A stretch of 64,000 nucleotides of DNA from Eukaryota sp. GEM-RC1. Taxonomy: Eukaryota. Of this stretch, positions 61,066 to 64,000 are shown piece by piece (the stretch's first letter is position 1; every line of letters starts with the position of its first letter). The notes under the pieces were generated by a model. It made no database searches and was not told the origin of the DNA. It worked only from the letters and a program-made list of their open reading frames with translations. The stretch covers positions 558,001 through 622,000 of the forward strand of contig JAUFOQ010000016.1 in assembly GCA_040285855.1 (NCBI GenBank). The letters run 5' to 3'. Both the position numbers and the translations under genes were made by a program.

Positions 61066-62631
61066 ATGTATCGAGCTAAGTCAGAATCTTTTTCGCCTCA
61101 CCAAACAAGCAATAGCATCAACTCCCTTCACTCCATTCAATCCATAGATGGGAAAACATGGTTTGGTGGTATTGTTGTTCTTGTCGCTTCGGTCGGGCTG
61201 ATCCCGTTTTCTTCTGTCTCGTCTCTACTACTGTTTTCTCCCGTGATCCCAATGCCTCCCCAAACAAGCAATAGCATCAACTCCCTTCACTCCATTCAAT
61301 CCATAGATAGGAAAACATGGTTCGGAGGTGCTGTTTTTGTGGCTTCGGTTGGGCTGATCCCGTTTTCTTCTGTCTCGTCTCTACTACTGTTTTCTCCCGT
61401 GATCCCAATGCCTCCCCAAACAAGCAATAGCATCAACTCCCTTCACTCCATTCAATCCATAGATAGGAAAACATGGTTTGGAGGTGTTGTTCTTGTTGCT
61501 TCGGTTGGGCTGATCCCGTTTTCTCCTGTCTCGTCTCTACTACTGTTTTCTTCCGTGATCCCAATGCCTCAATCTCAATGGAAACGGAATCTCGCAGAAG
61601 ATGGAGATGTTGAGACTAATCCCGGACCTCGCAATTCTCATGATCGACAACGATTGTCTTCAGACGTTTTTTCAGAGAAACCAATTCGTAGAGAAACTAC
61701 AACAACTCGATTTTTGCCAGTACCCAAATCTTATCATGTACGCTTTCATAGTCGTTGTAAGATTTATCATTCTTGTTTAGCACATTTAATGAAATCATCT
61801 GGTACAATGGATAACTTAGTAATTTGTACATGTATGGAACATTTCGATCCCGCTGTTGCTGAATTTCAACCAAAAGATTTGCCTCCTCCCACAGTTTCTC
61901 CTCCTGCAAATTACATTCGTCAATCTTATCTTAATGAAATACTGAATTTTCATTACAGTAATTTTCCTGGTACATTACCGTCCATGTACAAAATTGACAA
62001 TTATATTGCAGCAAAACATTATGGTACCTTTCTACATGATACCAATCATCACTTGTATTCTATTAATGATCCAATTCTACAGTCAGTTCAAAAATACGTT
62101 TCTGAACTGGACACAATGAGAGTTCCTGTCATTGATCCTGATTTTAAAATTTGTCCAATTTTCTGTGACTTCATTTCTCCTTGCCGTTATTGTTTACTTC
62201 CTGGTCATTTCGCCAGAAACTGTACTTTACAGTTTACAGAAAAAACTAGCCTTGTTTCTATGGATCTCTCTGTTGTGTATAAAAATTTCTCACATGATGT
62301 ATTGCTCAACCCTGAAGCACTGTTGGACCTTTTATTAACTATATTGCATTTCCATTTGCACACAAACAAACATACTGACTTGTATGATTCTCAAACAAAT
62401 ACATTCACTTTGGAAATGTTCGGTCGTAATTCTGATTGTATTTCAAAAGCAACACATGAAAAGGAAGAAATCCGAAACAAAATTTCTGCAACTTATCCAC
62501 GTCTAGTTTCGGATATTAACTATGTCTCGTCTTTACTTTCAGATGACCAAGATGGAGATGACGTTGGTGATGTAGATAATTTTGGTGATTTCGTGGCGAT
62601 AGATGATGATGCATATAAGATGATCATATAA
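61066..62631 (+). CDS. Probable mobile-element polyprotein: 3 hydrophobic repeats, 2A motif, Cys/His region with CCHC knuckle; coding may continue to about 63270 across frameshifts
   Basis: WKRNLAEDGDVETNPGP (motif 61600-61629); CRYCLLPGHFARNC. Confidence 0.7.
   Translation: MYRAKSESFSPHQTSNSINSLHSIQSIDGKTWFGGIVVLVASVGLIPFSSVSSLLLFSPVIPMPPQTSNSINSLHSIQSIDRKTWFGGAVFVASVGLIPFSSVSSLLLFSPVIPMPPQTSNSINSLHSIQSIDRKTWFGGVVLVASVGLIPFSPVSSLLLFSSVIPMPQSQWKRNLAEDGDVETNPGPRNSHDRQRLSSDVFSEKPIRRETTTTRFLPVPKSYHVRFHSRCKIYHSCLAHLMKSSGTMDNLVICTCMEHFDPAVAEFQPKDLPPPTVSPPANYIRQSYLNEILNFHYSNFPGTLPSMYKIDNYIAAKHYGTFLHDTNHHLYSINDPILQSVQKYVSELDTMRVPVIDPDFKICPIFCDFISPCRYCLLPGHFARNCTLQFTEKTSLVSMDLSVVYKNFSHDVLLNPEALLDLLLTILHFHLHTNKHTDLYDSQTNTFTLEMFGRNSDCISKATHEKEEIRNKISATYPRLVSDINYVSSLLSDDQDGDDVGDVDNFGDFVAIDDDAYKMII
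61102..61570 (+). repeat. In-frame tandem repeat, 3 copies of about 156-159 bp
   Basis: Copies start at 61102, 61261 and 61417. Confidence 0.95.
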
Positions 62632-63279
62632 GCATTTTGTATTGGAGATGTCGAGATCATCATCTCCAATACAAAATGCTTATATGATCAGTTCAATGCA
62701 ATTAGGGACAATTCCTGGTCCTCTCGTCTTATATCTCGGTTCTTTTATTGTTTTAAACTTGTTCTGCACTATGACAATGGGTCAACTTTTATTGAAAGAA
62801 CCAATGAAAATGGTGAGACAGCCAAGTACACTCCTCTGGAAGACATATTCATTTACCATCATAAAAGTATCAATATTTTGATGTTCCAATTGGCGTATTG
62901 TGCCTACTATGAACATAATTCGAGACCTTCTATTAGCAAGTTTTGTATTGATGCTTTGACTTATTTGGTGTCATACAGTTTTAGTGTGTCGTCTGAATGC
63001 CACCTGCGCTACCAGAAATTAGCTAAAAGGTACATGAGCTGGCAAAATTGTATGATCCAAAAATCGACGACACTGTGGTCACATCACTTTCTCCAAAATA
63101 AAAATGATAGGGCTTTATTGCGTACCGATCAAAGTTTCCTAGATAGTGCTTTAATGTTTCGATTTATGTGGTCTTATAAAAGAGTAATTTATATTCTCAC
63201 TACGGTAACATTCGCCGAAAATAATTTCTGTAATTTTACGGTTGCCGAATTCTATGGATACCGGTATTTGTAAATAATA

Positions 63280-63620
63280 TACTACTAAACGACAATCTGG
63301 TGTCATTTAAACAACACCGATAACTATCAAATCTTTCAACAGCTTTGTGCTCATAAAAGGAACTCACAGCTAATGATGCTTTGGAGATGATTAGGGGGAA
63401 TAGTTTTTAAAACAGTAACAACGGTCCGATTCAACCATAACATATGATCAAAACGTTTGTACATTCTGTTGTTTACAATGTCTCTGAAATCGTTTCGAAA
63501 ATTCCATGCACATTTTCCTAAGCGGTCATATATTGATACATCAAAAGGGCATAATTCATATTCGACTTGTTTTAGAGCATATCTGGAAAATACACATTCA
63601 TTGTATTTTTTGTATTGTAT
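63280..63620 (-). mobile_element. 3' end fragment of an RLE-type non-LTR retrotransposon
   Basis: YALKQVEYELCPFDVSIYDRLG is homologous to ALKHIRHVEYKLCPFAISIYGRLG of the 14585-15049 ORF. Confidence 0.8.
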
Positions 63621-64000
63621 CAAATCGTTTCCTGTGTATTCTTCATAAGTTGTGCACTTTCTTGTGGTGTCAATATTGCTGTTTGTTTCAACTTACAACA
63701 TGCTACATCTATGTGAAGGAAACATTAAACGAATAAACAAATTTAATCTATTGTTGCAAATAGAGTCTAAATTAACAAATTGATCTGAATTGTAAACCTA
63801 ACATAGAAAAGAACGCAAATGTTTACCTACAAGTTTCTTTACTATCAGGTAACTCCATATCAATCCTTGATTTCTTATGTTTAGAATGTATTTTTCTTCT
63901 TTCCAGGAGTGTTTAGGAATTCCGTCTCCAGGAGTACGGAGTTTTGCATTTTCAAGAAGCGGAGAGAAATGGTGTAAAATGTTGTATCAAATAAGAAGCA

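Noticed and set aside
61102..61570. CRISPR or guide array next to Fanzor
   Set aside because: Unit lengths are multiples of three inside an open frame, with only point differences, so this is a coding repeat
61066..63620. One complete non-LTR element made of the 2A ORF plus the RLE fragment
   Set aside because: The RLE fragment is on the opposite strand and no RT is visible between them

Overview
Gene-dense, AT-rich eukaryotic (protist) genomic DNA. It uses the standard genetic code, has very short spliceosomal introns (26-34 nt), and has many single-base frameshifts in homopolymers that are probably long-read assembly errors. A metamonad-like anaerobic protist is a guess from gene density and bacterial-type genes, not demonstrated. 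Housekeeping genes: tRNA-Ala(AGC), AP-2 alpha adaptin, prolidase, NCKX exchanger, Rpt5, CorA, DIS3L2, WDR7-like, NSS transporter, Rab GDI, CLF1. Accessory genes: a Crinkler-type NTPase+nuclease, an Mx-like dynamin with altered GTPase motifs, a BTB protein and an LtaS-like sulfatase. Transposon debris is abundant: hAT MITEs with 8-bp TSDs, a pogo-like element, gag, and restriction-like-endonuclease non-LTR 3' ends. Highlights: (1) a large Fanzor1 (eukaryotic TnpB-like RNA-guided nuclease) locus at about 56.8-60.5 kb, with a long N-terminal extension, a D-to-N change in RuvC-III, and a hairpin cluster (candidate omega-RNA) that runs into the CLF1 start codon; (2) a head-to-head ORF with three hydrophobic repeats, a 2A ribosome-skipping motif and a CCHC knuckle, plus two more 2A-like motifs in the window; (3) a 3x123-bp tandem array whose unit is a box C/D snoRNA with a SNORD38/snR61-type guide.
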